IMG/VR virus record: IMGVR_UViG_3300049793_000366
Span: 443,911-507,910 of that record
Length of the DNA stretch: 64,000 bases
Reading direction: 5' to 3' (one strand)
This document shows positions 1 through 9,279 of this stretch, in pieces; position 1 is the stretch's first letter, and each line of letters begins with the position of its first letter. The notes below the pieces were generated by a model. It had not been told where the DNA came from and did not search any database. It saw nothing but the letters and a program-made list of their open reading frames with translations. A program made the translations under genes and the position numbers.

Positions 1-438
1 GTAACTCAAGCTAAGTCAACATCATCTAATGATGATTTAAAGGGTACACTTGAAAAAGAATTGAAAAAGAAATTCGCTCCTGAGTTCATTAACCGTCTTG
101 ATGATATCATTTACTTCAAAGATTTAACTAAAGAAGATATTGGTAGAATTGTTGACATCGAATTAAATAAATCACTTAATCGTTTGAAAACAATGGGTTA
201 CGAAGCTGTAATCGAAGAGTCTTTAAAAGAACAGTTAATTGAATCTGGTTATGATCCTAACTATGGCGCAAGACCATTGAAGAGAGCAATTCAGAGATTA
301 GTTGATGATGCTCTTACTGATACATTACTTGAAGAGCCAGCAGTTGGATCTACTATGAGTATGGGATTCGATAAAGAAAAGGATGAGACAGTTATTACTG
401 TTAAGAAGCCAAAAAAGAAACCAACAAAGAATGATTAA
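1..438 (+). CDS. clpC: ClpC/ClpB-family AAA+ ATPase, C-terminal part (5' truncated)
   Basis: Open from base 1; FAPEFINRLDDIIYF and GYDPNYGARPLKRAIQ are hallmark D2/D2-small motifs; ClpC vs ClpB/ClpA not resolvable from this fragment. Confidence 0.85.
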   Translation, partial: VTQAKSTSSNDDLKGTLEKELKKKFAPEFINRLDDIIYFKDLTKEDIGRIVDIELNKSLNRLKTMGYEAVIEESLKEQLIESGYDPNYGARPLKRAIQRLVDDALTDTLLEEPAVGSTMSMGFDKEKDETVITVKKPKKKPTKND

Positions 439-691
439 GGATTATAAAGACTACCCAATTCCTGGGCGTAAATATAAACACTACAAAGGTGGTGTGTATG
501 AGATAGTTTCAATGGCTACTCATACTGAAACTCAGGAAGCTATCGTTGTCTATAAGTCTTTACTATTCGGTTCTTTATATGTTAGACCATTAGATATCTG
601 GAATAAGGTAGCATTGGATGACGATGAAGAAGAGGTAACTCGATTCGAATTGATTGACATAGAAGATGAAGATGAATACTATTGCTTATAA
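431..691 (+). CDS. DUF1653-family protein
   Basis: GRKYKHYKGGVYEIV..ATHTET.E..VVYKSL...YVRPL..W signature; ATG 431 overlaps clpC end. Confidence 0.85.
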   Translation: MIKDYKDYPIPGRKYKHYKGGVYEIVSMATHTETQEAIVVYKSLLFGSLYVRPLDIWNKVALDDDEEEVTRFELIDIEDEDEYYCL

Positions 692-694
692 AAT

Positions 695-721
695 AAAATC
701 CAGCTTAAATGCTGGATTTTT
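695..721 (+). terminator. Rho-independent terminator (possibly bidirectional)
   Basis: AAAATCCAGC-TTAAAT-GCTGGATTTTT right after stop. Confidence 0.8.
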
Positions 722-742
722 CAATTGATTAATAAATTAAAT

Positions 743-1144
743 ATGGAAGAAGAAAAAATACCAACATCATTACAAGAAGCAATTGACTTTTTAATAGAAG
801 CTGATGCTAATTTAGGAATGGGAAGCGGAATGGGAATGAGAAACAGTTGGGGGTTATGGCACGGTTCAAAACTCGCGCAATGGTTTTATAGACATCAAAT
901 ATACCATGCTGATGATATGAGTGGCATCATTATGGATTCTTATAAAAGAACTAAAAATGGTGAACCAATTGAGTTAAAAGAACAAATAGCTAAGTATCAT
1001 AAACACTGGGAGATAAATCATGGACCAAACCATTTAAGCGAAATGAAAGCCATGATTGTTGAAAATCTTATTAAGATGCGGGCTGAAAATCTTGATGAAA
1101 TATTGAAAGATATTAACTCTGAGGATATTGAAGGTAAAAGCTAA
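743..1144 (+). CDS. DUF6794-like protein with C-tag variant
   Basis: GMRNSWGLW..S.L..WF....IYHADDMSGII motif (family name from recall); MRAENLDEIL near end. Confidence 0.6.
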   Translation: MEEEKIPTSLQEAIDFLIEADANLGMGSGMGMRNSWGLWHGSKLAQWFYRHQIYHADDMSGIIMDSYKRTKNGEPIELKEQIAKYHKHWEINHGPNHLSEMKAMIVENLIKMRAENLDEILKDINSEDIEGKS

Positions 1145-1451
1145 TATTTACAGCAGTATAGTCAAAGCCACTGACTCTGACATTTTGTAATTCAGCACCA
1201 CATTCTTTAGCAATATAGGGTAGAATTCCATTGTTGAGTTCTAATGCTTCATCGTTATTAACCGCATTTGGGAATCTCTCAGTAGCAGTTACGCTGAATA
1301 GGTTATTTCCCATATTTCTTACTTGGACCTTCATTAATTCGAAGTTTTCGTTGTCGGATAGGTATGATTCTACATCAGATTCAATATCGTCCATATCAAT
1401 TCTGCCTTTCATATTAAAAATAAATTTCTCATACTTTTGAAGGTGCTTCAT
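1113..1451 (-). CDS. N-tag hypothetical protein
   Basis: MKHLQKYE start; TAATATATA 4 nt upstream. Confidence 0.75.
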   Translation of the reverse strand: MKHLQKYEKFIFNMKGRIDMDDIESDVESYLSDNENFELMKVQVRNMGNNLFSVTATERFPNAVNNDEALELNNGILPYIAKECGAELQNVRVSGFDYTAVNISFYLQYPQS

Positions 1452-1455
1452 ATGT

Positions 1456-1464
1456 TATATATTA
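1456..1464 (-). promoter_or_regulatory. Putative late-type promoter TAATATATA
   Basis: 4 nt before ATG 1451. Confidence 0.6.
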
Positions 1465-1492
1465 TTTAAAACATATAAAAAATTACACTTTT

Positions 1493-1508
1493 AATTAAAC
1501 TGCCACAC
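1493..1508 (+). repeat. Isolated copy of the 16-bp GCCACAC repeat
   Basis: AATTAAACTGCCACAC just upstream of the serine recombinase. Confidence 0.7.
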
Positions 1509-1529
1509 CATTATTCGATATAATCAACT

Positions 1530-2105
1530 ATGAATTCTATACTATTTACAAGGGTATCTACACCACAACAAACACACGATGAACAGGTTGATACGCTGAC
1601 TAAAATATCACAGGATAAAGGCTGGTCAATAGATACAGTATATCGCGAGGTTGGTTCTGGGCTTATTTCAGGTAATTTGAGGGAAACACTGACAACTATG
1701 TTGAAATACATACCAACAACCACAGTGTCAGTAGTAGCAGTTTCAAACATATCTAAGCTATCTTGTAGACCCAATGACGTAGAGAAATTAATGACTTGGT
1801 TACATAGTAAGGGTATCTCAATATATGTTGCTAATCTTGATATTTTATCAATTGGTAATGAAGATATAATTAGAGAGCAAGCATTGTTAGCAGAGCAACA
1901 AATTAATCAAATGAAGAGTAATTATGTTGAGAGTAATAAACTACCAATTGGTAGAAAAGAGGGTTATAGAAAGCCTAAGATATCAATGATGCTTGACCAC
2001 AAAGATGTTGCTGATTTACTTAAGCAGGGATATTCTATACGAAAGGTTGGTGAAATGACTGGTAAAAGCACAACCACCGTACAAAAAGTTAAAAGATTAT
2101 TGTGA
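1530..2105 (+). CDS. Resolvase/invertase-type serine recombinase with C-terminal HTH (divergent)
   Basis: FTRVST..Q catalytic motif, EVGSG, NISKLSCR (cf. DRLGR), GRKEG linker, YSIRKVGEMTGKSTTTVQKV HTH. Confidence 0.85.
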   Translation: MNSILFTRVSTPQQTHDEQVDTLTKISQDKGWSIDTVYREVGSGLISGNLRETLTTMLKYIPTTTVSVVAVSNISKLSCRPNDVEKLMTWLHSKGISIYVANLDILSIGNEDIIREQALLAEQQINQMKSNYVESNKLPIGRKEGYRKPKISMMLDHKDVADLLKQGYSIRKVGEMTGKSTTTVQKVKRLL

Positions 2106-2374
2106 TTAACCCAACCGAAAATGAATTAGACAATTTCGTTTACTATAAGTTACAAGAAGATATAAAAAACAGTCCAAATAACGGACATAGCCCTCGTGTT
2201 AATGATGCACTTAGTGGTAAATATAAACTAATTTATTATAGATATGGTGTTGGTAGGGTCAAAGTAATGATGTACGTTGAGTCAGAAGAGAAAGAAGTAG
2301 GAGTCTGTATATTCGATGATACAGAATTTGACAATTGGTTAAGGGAAACCAAGCTCAGTCAGCTAATCAGCTAA
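2102..2374 (+). CDS. C-tag hypothetical protein
   Basis: GTGA overlap; ends LRETKLSQLIS. Confidence 0.7.
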   Translation: MINPTENELDNFVYYKLQEDIKNSPNNGHSPRVNDALSGKYKLIYYRYGVGRVKVMMYVESEEKEVGVCIFDDTEFDNWLRETKLSQLIS

Positions 2375-2376
2375 TA

Positions 2377-2408
2377 TTTGCAAATCCGCATTTTAATCCG
2401 TACATTTG
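2377..2408 (+). promoter_or_regulatory. Bacteroidota sigma-A-type early promoter
   Basis: TTTG-N20-TACATTTG, ATG at 2413. Confidence 0.8.
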
Positions 2409-2412
2409 TAGA

Positions 2413-3135
2413 ATGGAAAAGAGACTCACAACTGAGAACTTACAATATTATGTAGACTACGATTACGACACTAGTTATTCATGTGAAGATAGTGGTTGTG
2501 ATAACGAAGGTATATGTCGTTGTGGTAGCATAGAGAATGCTGTTGTGAATCCTATAAACATATCAGAATTCGCAAAGAAGATGTATGAGTTATACAATCC
2601 ACCAACAAAAGATAAAACAATACTTCGTGATAGAAAGATAAAATCTTTATTTGATTCATCAATTGAGGAAATAAATATCTATTGCATCGATAGAATTTGT
2701 AGAGTACTCAAAGTATGGGACTTGAATAAGTGGGAGGTTAATGTATGTGGTGGTTATTACGGTGATGAAGTAGACTCAGTTAAGTTTGAAGATGTTGTAA
2801 AATTAGCAGAGAAGATAGAAGCTGTTTTAGAATTAAGCTCAGTCAAAGAAAAGATAGAGTATGTGTTAACTGTTGAGTATGGTAGCATTCTACCAGAGCT
2901 TAAAGATAAAGAATATTCATTGATAGAGATATCAAAAGATGATGTTATATTTGGTAGCGAAGGACAATACAAAAAAGTATCAACCGAAGACCTTACTCAC
3001 TATTCAAATAAAGAGTATAGTGGCATAAGAGGTTTGCTTTTACCAAAGGGTGAGAAGTTCAGACTAATCGATGGCTACCACAGAATGTTTGCCACAAATA
3101 ACAAAAAGAAAATAAGAGTACTATTAGCACAATGA
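2413..3135 (+). CDS. Protein with C-terminal ParB/Srx-like motif and internal C-tag
   Basis: FRLIDGYHRMFA; Cys-rich N-terminus; internal LRDRKIKSLF. Confidence 0.6.
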   Translation: MEKRLTTENLQYYVDYDYDTSYSCEDSGCDNEGICRCGSIENAVVNPINISEFAKKMYELYNPPTKDKTILRDRKIKSLFDSSIEEINIYCIDRICRVLKVWDLNKWEVNVCGGYYGDEVDSVKFEDVVKLAEKIEAVLELSSVKEKIEYVLTVEYGSILPELKDKEYSLIEISKDDVIFGSEGQYKKVSTEDLTHYSNKEYSGIRGLLLPKGEKFRLIDGYHRMFATNNKKKIRVLLAQ

Positions 3136-3548
3136 GAATAAGAAAATTAAACAGGTCTGATTATAACTCATATATTTCTTTACTCGACCAGCTAACAGAA
3201 GTTGGTTCAGTAACTAACAGTCAATTCAATCTATACGTTGATAATCAATCTCAGCTACATCAAACATTGGTGTACGAAGAGGACAATCAACTATTGGGCT
3301 GTCTTACTTATTTCTGCGAACAGAAAGTACATCATTCATTTAGCTACGTTATTCATATCGAAGATGTTGTTACTGACGCTAAACACAGAGGTAAGGGTGT
3401 TGCTAAGACACTCATTGATAATGCTATTAAGATAGCAAAGGCATTCAAGTGTTACAAGGTAATTCTAAATTGTAGCGATAGGAATACGGACTACTATAAA
3501 AAACTTGGCTTTCAACTAGTTGGTAATCAAATGGTTATAAAGTTTTAG
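3132..3548 (+). CDS. GNAT acetyltransferase, glucosamine-6-phosphate N-acetyltransferase (GNA1)-like
   Basis: HIEDVVTD..HRGKGVAK, CYKVILNCSD.N..YYKKLGF. Confidence 0.8.
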   Translation: MRIRKLNRSDYNSYISLLDQLTEVGSVTNSQFNLYVDNQSQLHQTLVYEEDNQLLGCLTYFCEQKVHHSFSYVIHIEDVVTDAKHRGKGVAKTLIDNAIKIAKAFKCYKVILNCSDRNTDYYKKLGFQLVGNQMVIKF

Positions 3549-3553
3549 AAAAA

Positions 3554-3585
3554 TTTGCATATCCGGATTATTATCCGTACTTTTG
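3554..3585 (+). promoter_or_regulatory. Early promoter with CGGA-N6-TCCG dyad
   Basis: TTTGCATATCCGGATTATTATCCGTACTTTTG. Confidence 0.8.
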
Positions 3586-3604
3586 TTAAACAAAATCGGA
3601 CAAT

Positions 3605-4096
3605 ATGCAATTCAAAGACATTCGCTACGCTCAATTACTAATCGAAACAATCCTAAAAGATTCTGGTGCTAACACTGTTAGCTTCGAAACTATTGACAAT
3701 AGAAATGTTTGTGTTGTTAATAATTTCACTGTGTCTATGTTGGCGGTTGATGCCGCAAATCGTAACTTAGAGAAAATGAATATTCGCTTAGTACAACGTG
3801 TTAAAGAAGATAACGGTAGTCGTAAAGACTTCTATGAAATAATCGACTTATCTGTTGTACAAAAGATAAAAGATATCTGTATCACAAATGGTTGTTCTGA
3901 TAATTTCAGAATCGATACAAACACCGTATGGGGTGACAGAAACGTTAGTGTTAGCTTACGCTACGGTTACTGGAGAAAGTTAGACGTTGATACTCTTAAT
4001 CCACTATTAAAAGAACTTGGCGTTAAATTAGAATTAGATTCTTTTGACGATGATGATTGTGGTACACAATATACAAATCAAATTATTAACCTTTAA
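3605..4096 (+). CDS. Hypothetical protein
   Basis: First gene after promoter. Confidence 0.75.
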   Translation: MQFKDIRYAQLLIETILKDSGANTVSFETIDNRNVCVVNNFTVSMLAVDAANRNLEKMNIRLVQRVKEDNGSRKDFYEIIDLSVVQKIKDICITNGCSDNFRIDTNTVWGDRNVSVSLRYGYWRKLDVDTLNPLLKELGVKLELDSFDDDDCGTQYTNQIINL

Positions 4097-4108
4097 ACTA
4101 TATAAGAT

Positions 4109-4300
4109 ATGTTAGTCTCAAACTGTTGTTCAGCTACACCAACACCAATCGATAATCGCGGTGCTGATACGAGTGATATCGGAATCTGTTCCAAGTGCTT
4201 AGACCATTGTTCCTATGAGGACGATGAAGAACCAGTACGTCCTACTACGAATGCTGATTGGAATGAGTTGTCTAATAGTTTCTTTAACGCTGGTGTTTAA
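4109..4300 (+). CDS. Small Cys-rich (Zn-binding?) protein
   Basis: SNCCSA...ICSKCLDHC. Confidence 0.7.
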   Translation: MLVSNCCSATPTPIDNRGADTSDIGICSKCLDHCSYEDDEEPVRPTTNADWNELSNSFFNAGV

Positions 4301-4302
4301 TT

Positions 4303-4974
4303 ATGGCTAAAGAAAATATAGGATGTTTCGACTTCGAGAGAGAAGTAAGAAGAATAGAAAGTGGCATACTTAAGTCATTCGATGATATTCTACCTAAGGT
4401 AGAAGAAATGTATTCTCTTTTAGTGAAGAAGAATTTCACAGCTAAAATTGATACGAGTAATGATAACCTGAGAGGGCTATTTAACGATGATAGTTGCTAC
4501 ATTGGTGTTCTTGATACAAAGCTTAACTTCAAATCACGGGCGTTATACCTATACAACGGTAGATGTCAATGGGTAATGATATTCAATCCAAAGAAAAGAA
4601 CTGTTGATAATGAAACTATTCGCGCTGGATATTCAGTGTATAGAGTTTACAACGAAGTTGATTTGGATTGTATAGAGAATTCTTGGGGTTTAAAAACAAC
4701 TGAGCAATTTATTACGGGTGTTGATTTAATCGCTGAGTGCTTCACTGATGTTACTAAACATTCACAGAAAGTTGATAAGCAAGTTGTTTGTCATAGACCA
4801 ACTACTCAGAGATTAATACACGATTATAATACCAATGCGTTTCAGCATTATTATCCAACAATCACATCAATGGGTCACTTCGGAACTAACGGTAACTTAG
4901 GTGAAGTTGGTGCTGTATTCTCTACACTATTGGTTATGTGTTACCGCTTAAAAATAAAAGGAGTAGAACTATAA
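4303..4974 (+). CDS. Hypothetical protein
   Basis: 223 aa, in operon. Confidence 0.75.
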   Translation: MAKENIGCFDFEREVRRIESGILKSFDDILPKVEEMYSLLVKKNFTAKIDTSNDNLRGLFNDDSCYIGVLDTKLNFKSRALYLYNGRCQWVMIFNPKKRTVDNETIRAGYSVYRVYNEVDLDCIENSWGLKTTEQFITGVDLIAECFTDVTKHSQKVDKQVVCHRPTTQRLIHDYNTNAFQHYYPTITSMGHFGTNGNLGEVGAVFSTLLVMCYRLKIKGVEL

Positions 4975-5339
4975 TGAGTTATCGTTTACATAAAGAATTC
5001 GAGAGAAGCTTCAACAAGCGACAATATACTTCTGTGTTGTTACAGAGTATGTTGTTTTCTTTTATATTGGTAGCACTGATGATTATTGTTGGTATGTTTA
5101 TATCAATGTGTCGTAGTGGTGAATTCATAGATGGTATAAAGAAGATGTTTGACTTAATGTGGTATACCTACATAAGTATCTTCGTTATGGTTACTGGTAT
5201 ACTATTCATAGCTAATCGCAATAGAAGAGACCTATCCGGTTTGGATGAAACCAAAGAATTCAGTACATTTGAAACTGCATTCAAAGAACAAGAAAGAGAC
5301 GAAAAAATAAAAAATATATTAGATGGAAGTAAAGATTAA
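4974..5339 (+). CDS. Two-TM membrane protein with C-tag
   Basis: Two hydrophobic segments; ERDEKIKNILD; TAATG coupling. Confidence 0.75.
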   Translation: MSYRLHKEFERSFNKRQYTSVLLQSMLFSFILVALMIIVGMFISMCRSGEFIDGIKKMFDLMWYTYISIFVMVTGILFIANRNRRDLSGLDETKEFSTFETAFKEQERDEKIKNILDGSKD

Positions 5340-5850
5340 ATCACTTGAAGAACTAACAAAAGCAGGACAGTTATTGTTAATGAAGTCACCATTTGGTGGT
5401 GATGATATTGCTGTGTACTCCGGTAAACACAAGACATATAAATACCCAATCACTACCGATGGTAGAAAAGCACGTTCGCTTGGTTATGACCAGAAAAAGG
5501 GATTCAACTATGTATTCGCTGATGATTCTGGTGACAAGGGCGATGAAATGATTTGGCAATATGACTTCTTAACGAAGATGGGTGCCACTGTAACACTTGA
5601 TGAATGTGATGATATCAAGACCTGGAACTTTAGATTGATTGATAATACACACGCTGAGTACGATGAAGAATTTGCTAAATACGGAAACAACTTCGCAAGT
5701 ATGTTAAGCTTAGTAAGTAAATCATTCGGTGATGAAGGTCCCGAAGGTGGTATCGTTGGTGTGGATGAATCTGATGTATCGGACTTTATGAAAATGATTG
5801 GTGGTGGTTTGATGGGTATAGATCCAAGTAAGAAAAAGAAGAAAAAGTAA
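5323..5850 (+). CDS. Hypothetical protein
   Basis: 175 aa, poly-Lys tail. Confidence 0.75.
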   Translation: MEVKIKSLEELTKAGQLLLMKSPFGGDDIAVYSGKHKTYKYPITTDGRKARSLGYDQKKGFNYVFADDSGDKGDEMIWQYDFLTKMGATVTLDECDDIKTWNFRLIDNTHAEYDEEFAKYGNNFASMLSLVSKSFGDEGPEGGIVGVDESDVSDFMKMIGGGLMGIDPSKKKKKK

Positions 5851-6470
5851 TGGAGAGTGATGTTATAGATATAAGTGAGTTTAGACTACAAAGAGAACGT
5901 GAGCGTCTTATAGAGCATCATGGTATTAAACCATATGAAGATATAAGGGAACACTATATAATACGTCTGAAAGAACGCTATGGCATCACAATCACTGAAG
6001 CTGAGTATGATGATATACTTGATAGATTTAAACGAAATGATTTCATAAAAATGTACAGTCTTTCATACAATAGAAAGGTTGTATGGGTTAAAGTAAAGGG
6101 TAGATATATTTTCAGCATCTATAATAAGAAAATAAGCAATCTAAGAGAAGGTGCATTGCTTACTTGTTTAGAGTTTAATTCTACATTAAGAATGCCAGTA
6201 CCTAAGATATTTGGTATAAATGGATTTCGACCTGCTGATTTTGAGAAGAGTGTAAATGAAACAATAGAAGAAGCGTTTACACTATTGAATGATTATTATG
6301 AAATGGGTACTAAGGATTTCTTTATGAAGCACCCAGCAAATAAAAATCATAAATCAATCATACACTTCTGGGCTAAGTCTGGTGAGATTGAATTGGATAG
6401 AGTAATTGATTACATGGAAAATAAATTCAAAGAAGACGGTACTTTTAAGATAACTGAAATAAAATACTAA
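5850..6470 (+). CDS. Hypothetical protein
   Basis: TAATG coupled; H.IIRLKERYG motif. Confidence 0.75.
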   Translation: MESDVIDISEFRLQRERERLIEHHGIKPYEDIREHYIIRLKERYGITITEAEYDDILDRFKRNDFIKMYSLSYNRKVVWVKVKGRYIFSIYNKKISNLREGALLTCLEFNSTLRMPVPKIFGINGFRPADFEKSVNETIEEAFTLLNDYYEMGTKDFFMKHPANKNHKSIIHFWAKSGEIELDRVIDYMENKFKEDGTFKITEIKY

Positions 6471-6769
6471 TGAATATTTTCGACAAAGCAAATATAAACT
6501 CAATACTCGATGCTAAATTAAATACACACGAGATACTTGCTTGGCGTAGTGAGGGTAATAAATTACATCTAAAGATACTGACTGGAGCAACCGGACGTAA
6601 GAATAAGAAGAAGTATTTTTTTGACTTTGAATTCGATATTACTAACATTGGTACAAAAGATTTAGTGATGTTACTATCTAAGAAAATATCAGCAACATCA
6701 CCAGAGCAACTAAAAGAATTTTGGAAAAAAGAACTAAGAGAAGTTAAAATTAGAAATCTAACAAAATGA
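6470..6769 (+). CDS. C-tag hypothetical protein
   Basis: LREVKIRNL. Confidence 0.7.
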   Translation: MNIFDKANINSILDAKLNTHEILAWRSEGNKLHLKILTGATGRKNKKKYFFDFEFDITNIGTKDLVMLLSKKISATSPEQLKEFWKKELREVKIRNLTK

Positions 6770-7113
6770 AACCATCAGCATTAGAGAGAGATATGTCATT
6801 AGCAAAGCTATTGATGTCACCTGAGCAAGCAATGTATCAAGAAACACATTCTGCTTTTTATGGTATCTATGACGACCAGGGACTAGAAAGCTTTATCGCT
6901 ATCGGTGACCATTTTACTATGCCTGCTCTTGATAAAGTATCACAGAGAATTAATATGCTGGATATTCGTGCCAGATATTCAAGTCAGCGAAACGCAAAGG
7001 TATATGTTTGTTGGATTAAGAATTCTGATGTAGAAAGAATAAATTCACTATGTAACTCTAGTGAGTTTATAGAAGCTAAAGACTTATTAAAATCAATCGC
7101 AAATTTCGTATAA
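6766..7113 (+). CDS. Hypothetical protein
   Basis: ATGA coupled. Confidence 0.7.
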   Translation: MKPSALERDMSLAKLLMSPEQAMYQETHSAFYGIYDDQGLESFIAIGDHFTMPALDKVSQRINMLDIRARYSSQRNAKVYVCWIKNSDVERINSLCNSSEFIEAKDLLKSIANFV

Positions 7114-7313
7114 TGAATACAAATGACTTACCAATAGACTTCCTGAGTGAAGTACTTATACAAGGTAGAATACTATCGAAGAACCCGTGTGAAGAACCAG
7201 ATTGTGAAATAGGTTCTGTCGAACTTGTAGTTGACTACAAAGGGAAAACATATTCTGTAATAACAGATACACATGGTGATAATATTTATCAAAATTACTG
7301 TCAAGAAATATGA
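7113..7313 (+). CDS. Hypothetical protein
   Basis: Coupled ORF. Confidence 0.65.
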   Translation: MNTNDLPIDFLSEVLIQGRILSKNPCEEPDCEIGSVELVVDYKGKTYSVITDTHGDNIYQNYCQEI

Positions 7314-7663
7314 AGCTAAGAGATGCAGTTAAGAGAATAGTTGAGACTGGTGGTATTGTAGAGATAGCACATAAGTCTAAGATTAATGAATGGTACGGTA
7401 GCGTTAAGGTTTATAAATCTACTTATAGCGGTAAATATTTCGTTGAACATGGTCGTGGTGAGTTTAAGACGGTAGATGAAGCAGTTGATGTGTTTATGGA
7501 TCTTGCATATACTTCTAAAAATATTGGCTACATTCAAAAGAGATTAGACGAGAAGGGAATAAACTTCGAGGATGATTATGACCTTGAAAAACCATCAACA
7601 GAGCTAAGAAAAATGTTTAAGGATGAAGGTGTTATTGTTGATGAAGAATATAAATCATTATGA
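7310..7663 (+). CDS. Hypothetical protein
   Basis: Coupled ORF. Confidence 0.7.
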   Translation: MKLRDAVKRIVETGGIVEIAHKSKINEWYGSVKVYKSTYSGKYFVEHGRGEFKTVDEAVDVFMDLAYTSKNIGYIQKRLDEKGINFEDDYDLEKPSTELRKMFKDEGVIVDEEYKSL

Positions 7664-7980
7664 CACTAAACGAGAAGTTCAGAAGTGAATTTGGAACTGA
7701 TGTGTTCTTAGAAATGATGGATATCTTCATCACGGGTGATACTCCGTTTATGCAATGTCTGAGCATTGGTACTACCAGTCCAATTACTAAAGATGTCTAC
7801 CTTTTAGTTGGTGATACTTACATTCATGCTTCTTATACATTATGTATGACGAGTGATGATGGTGTTGGTAATGGTTGGGACTTGGAGATATTGGAATATG
7901 GTAAAGAGATAACGATGCCATTGGGACCAGCGTTTGACGACCACAGGCGCAATATGAGAATCAATAAAATAGTTGATTAA
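7660..7980 (+). CDS. C-tag hypothetical protein
   Basis: RRNMRINKIVD. Confidence 0.7.
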   Translation: MTLNEKFRSEFGTDVFLEMMDIFITGDTPFMQCLSIGTTSPITKDVYLLVGDTYIHASYTLCMTSDDGVGNGWDLEILEYGKEITMPLGPAFDDHRRNMRINKIVD

Positions 7981-8221
7981 GCTTTTCCTCCCTACGTATA
8001 TGAAGGTCTGAGAAGTGTTTAGAAAATTCAACACGCCTACTTTCATTAAAGAAGTACATACCATCAACATCATCTTTTATCTTGAATGTCGTAGTATCTA
8101 TTTGTCTCTTAAGATTACTTGTGGTTGATAGAAATAATTCATAGTCATATTGTCTTCCTTCTTCGAAAACAACATTACCTGTATAGTCATAATATGATTT
8201 AATACAAATACATTTCTTCAC
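7961..8221 (-). CDS. CIK-family small protein with C-tag
   Basis: KCICIK..F.EG..Y; RREEKLNQLF. Confidence 0.75.
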   Translation of the reverse strand: MKKCICIKSYYDYTGNVVFEEGRQYDYELFLSTTSNLKRQIDTTTFKIKDDVDGMYFFNESRRVEFSKHFSDLHIRREEKLNQLFY

Positions 8222-8406
8222 TAAGCGAATACAAGCTGAGATGGATATAGAATACGTCTCAGTTCTTCTTTTTCACCATCCAATACCCAAACAGAATTTC
8301 TTCTTGCTTTAGTAATATCTGGTTGTCTGGTCAATTTTGTGATATCAAGCTCAACTCTTTTTATTTCCTTAGAGTTAGAATCGGTGATAATTTCATATAC
8401 TTTCAT
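8221..8406 (-). CDS. Hypothetical protein
   Basis: Coupled ORF. Confidence 0.6.
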   Translation of the reverse strand: MKVYEIITDSNSKEIKRVELDITKLTRQPDITKARRNSVWVLDGEKEELRRILYPSQLVFA

Positions 8407-8411
8407 TGATA

Positions 8412-8957
8412 TTATTTTTCAAGGTTAAATACTTCGTCTAAATTTGCTTCTCTTATTACACCAGAGTCTTTCATTATACTCTGATAAATGTCATTAAAAT
8501 TATTTCGGTTCAACTCATCATTTATCTTTTTAATATCGGACAATAACTCATCATACATCTTTACGTCCATGTATTTAGTATAACCGAAATCATTATAAGT
8601 AATCGTGAAGCCTCTATCTTTATAGATGTATATCTCGATGTAGTTGCCGTGACTTACCAACATTTTATTGTTAGTATTTTTTGGCTTTTTAATGTTAGTT
8701 AGGTCGCTACATGATATGTATATCTCGCTCTCAGTAAGTGTTACCGATAGTCTATCACGGTACTGATATAGACTAACAACCAACTTCTTAGTTTTCTCTG
8801 AAACACTCGGATCATAATCATTGAAGTTGGTCCAATTGTAGTTAGTTGGCTCATCAACCTCATAAACCTCTTGCAATTCTTCTTCTGGTTCAGAATTATA
8901 TTTGTCAATTTCTTTAATCAAGAATTTGGCAATCTTTTTGAGTTTCCTTCGTTTCAT
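8412..8957 (-). CDS. C-tag hypothetical protein
   Basis: IREANLDEVF. Confidence 0.75.
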   Translation of the reverse strand: MKRRKLKKIAKFLIKEIDKYNSEPEEELQEVYEVDEPTNYNWTNFNDYDPSVSEKTKKLVVSLYQYRDRLSVTLTESEIYISCSDLTNIKKPKNTNNKMLVSHGNYIEIYIYKDRGFTITYNDFGYTKYMDVKMYDELLSDIKKINDELNRNNFNDIYQSIMKDSGVIREANLDEVFNLEK

Positions 8958-8975
8958 TTCATTTTTATAAAAATT

Positions 8976-9008
8976 CTTGATAAAAGTTTAAGAAAGTCCG
9001 TATATTTA
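8976..9008 (+). promoter_or_regulatory. Degenerate early promoter
   Basis: CTTG-N21-TATATTTA with TCCG just before the -7 box, ATG at 9013. Confidence 0.55.
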
Positions 9009-9012
9009 TAAA

Positions 9013-9279
9013 ATGAAATGTAGATGCATCTTAACACTTGATGCCGGTAAACGAATGGGTATATTCGAAGAAGGTAAATTATATGAATTCTTTGAATCAG
9101 ATTTGAGTGACCATATCGGTAAGTCAACAATGCGAAATGGTTGGGAATTAACTAATCATTACACGGTTGTTAGTGACACTGGATCAACACACACATTCTC
9201 AACCAGTGAATTCGATGAACGTTTTGTAGATATTAAAGAACACCGCGATAAGAAAATTAATAAAATATTAAATGGATAA
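9013..9279 (+). CDS. CIK-family small protein with C-tag
   Basis: MKCRCI; HRDKKINKIL. Confidence 0.75.
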   Translation: MKCRCILTLDAGKRMGIFEEGKLYEFFESDLSDHIGKSTMRNGWELTNHYTVVSDTGSTHTFSTSEFDERFVDIKEHRDKKINKILNG

